Shown here in pieces: positions 63,637 through 64,000 of a stretch of 64,000 bases of DNA. Below the pieces are notes generated by a model, which was given only the letters and a program-made list of their open reading frames with translations, made no database searches and had not been told where the DNA came from. The DNA is from the human T2T-CHM13v2.0 reference genome, Homo sapiens. Where the stretch lies: NCBI RefSeq assembly GCF_009914755.1, contig NC_060925.1. The stretch is one strand, 5' to 3'. The translations under genes and the position numbers were made by a program. How positions within the stretch are numbered: the stretch's first letter is position 1; each line of letters opens with the position of its first letter.

Positions 63637-64000
63637 ATATACTAAGGAAAAGTTCAAGGAAGGAGTAAGAAAGTAGTTATTTTCAATGTAAATGATGATA
63701 ATGATAATACCTACCATTTATTTATCACCATATGAAAGGAGCTTTGCTAAGTTTTTCATGCTTTCATTTAACCACGCAACTCTATGGGATAGTTGTTATT
63801 ATTTCCATTTTACAGATAAGGAAACTGACTAAAGAGACTAAGTCTGTAGTATTCTGTATCTTCTACTGTAACAACAACAACAGCAAAACCATGTGAGAAG
63901 AGAGAGATAGAAGGAGCGTACTGATGATATTGAATGGGCATCAGCAATATTTATCAGCCTTACTCTCTGTACTTTAATCTTTTAAAAAGTCAATTCCTGT

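Overview
Primate (human-like) genomic DNA from inside the TNNI3K gene (cardiac troponin I-interacting kinase; the exons are also used by the FPGT-TNNI3K read-through), on the + strand. Twelve GT-AG coding exons, numbered 6-17 from my recall of the 835-aa human protein, splice into one open frame. It runs from the ankyrin repeats (AADVLLQHG...) through the linker into the kinase domain (GSGSFG, VAIK, HRDLN). The rest is intron filled with transposons: a full-length antisense L1PA4-like element splitting an MLT1 LTR in intron 9, a truncated young L1, six Alus, solo LTRs (LTR22 nested in MER74, MER34, MLT1s), DNA-transposon MITEs, MIR/L2 and simple repeats. Best candidate novel system: the L1 5'UTR ends 162 nt before exon 10 and carries an open ORF0 whose two splice donors are in frame with exon 10 and exon 11. 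This predicts L1-antisense-promoter-driven ORF0-TNNI3K kinase fusions lacking most ankyrin repeats, possibly paired with an ankyrin-only upstream transcript (gene breaking). Also notable are a hairpin-structured 92-nt intron, a degenerate Penelope/hammerhead-like motif, a recursive-splicing junction, a templated local insertion and a minisatellite carrying splice motifs. Repeat family names come from remembered consensus sequences, not from a search.
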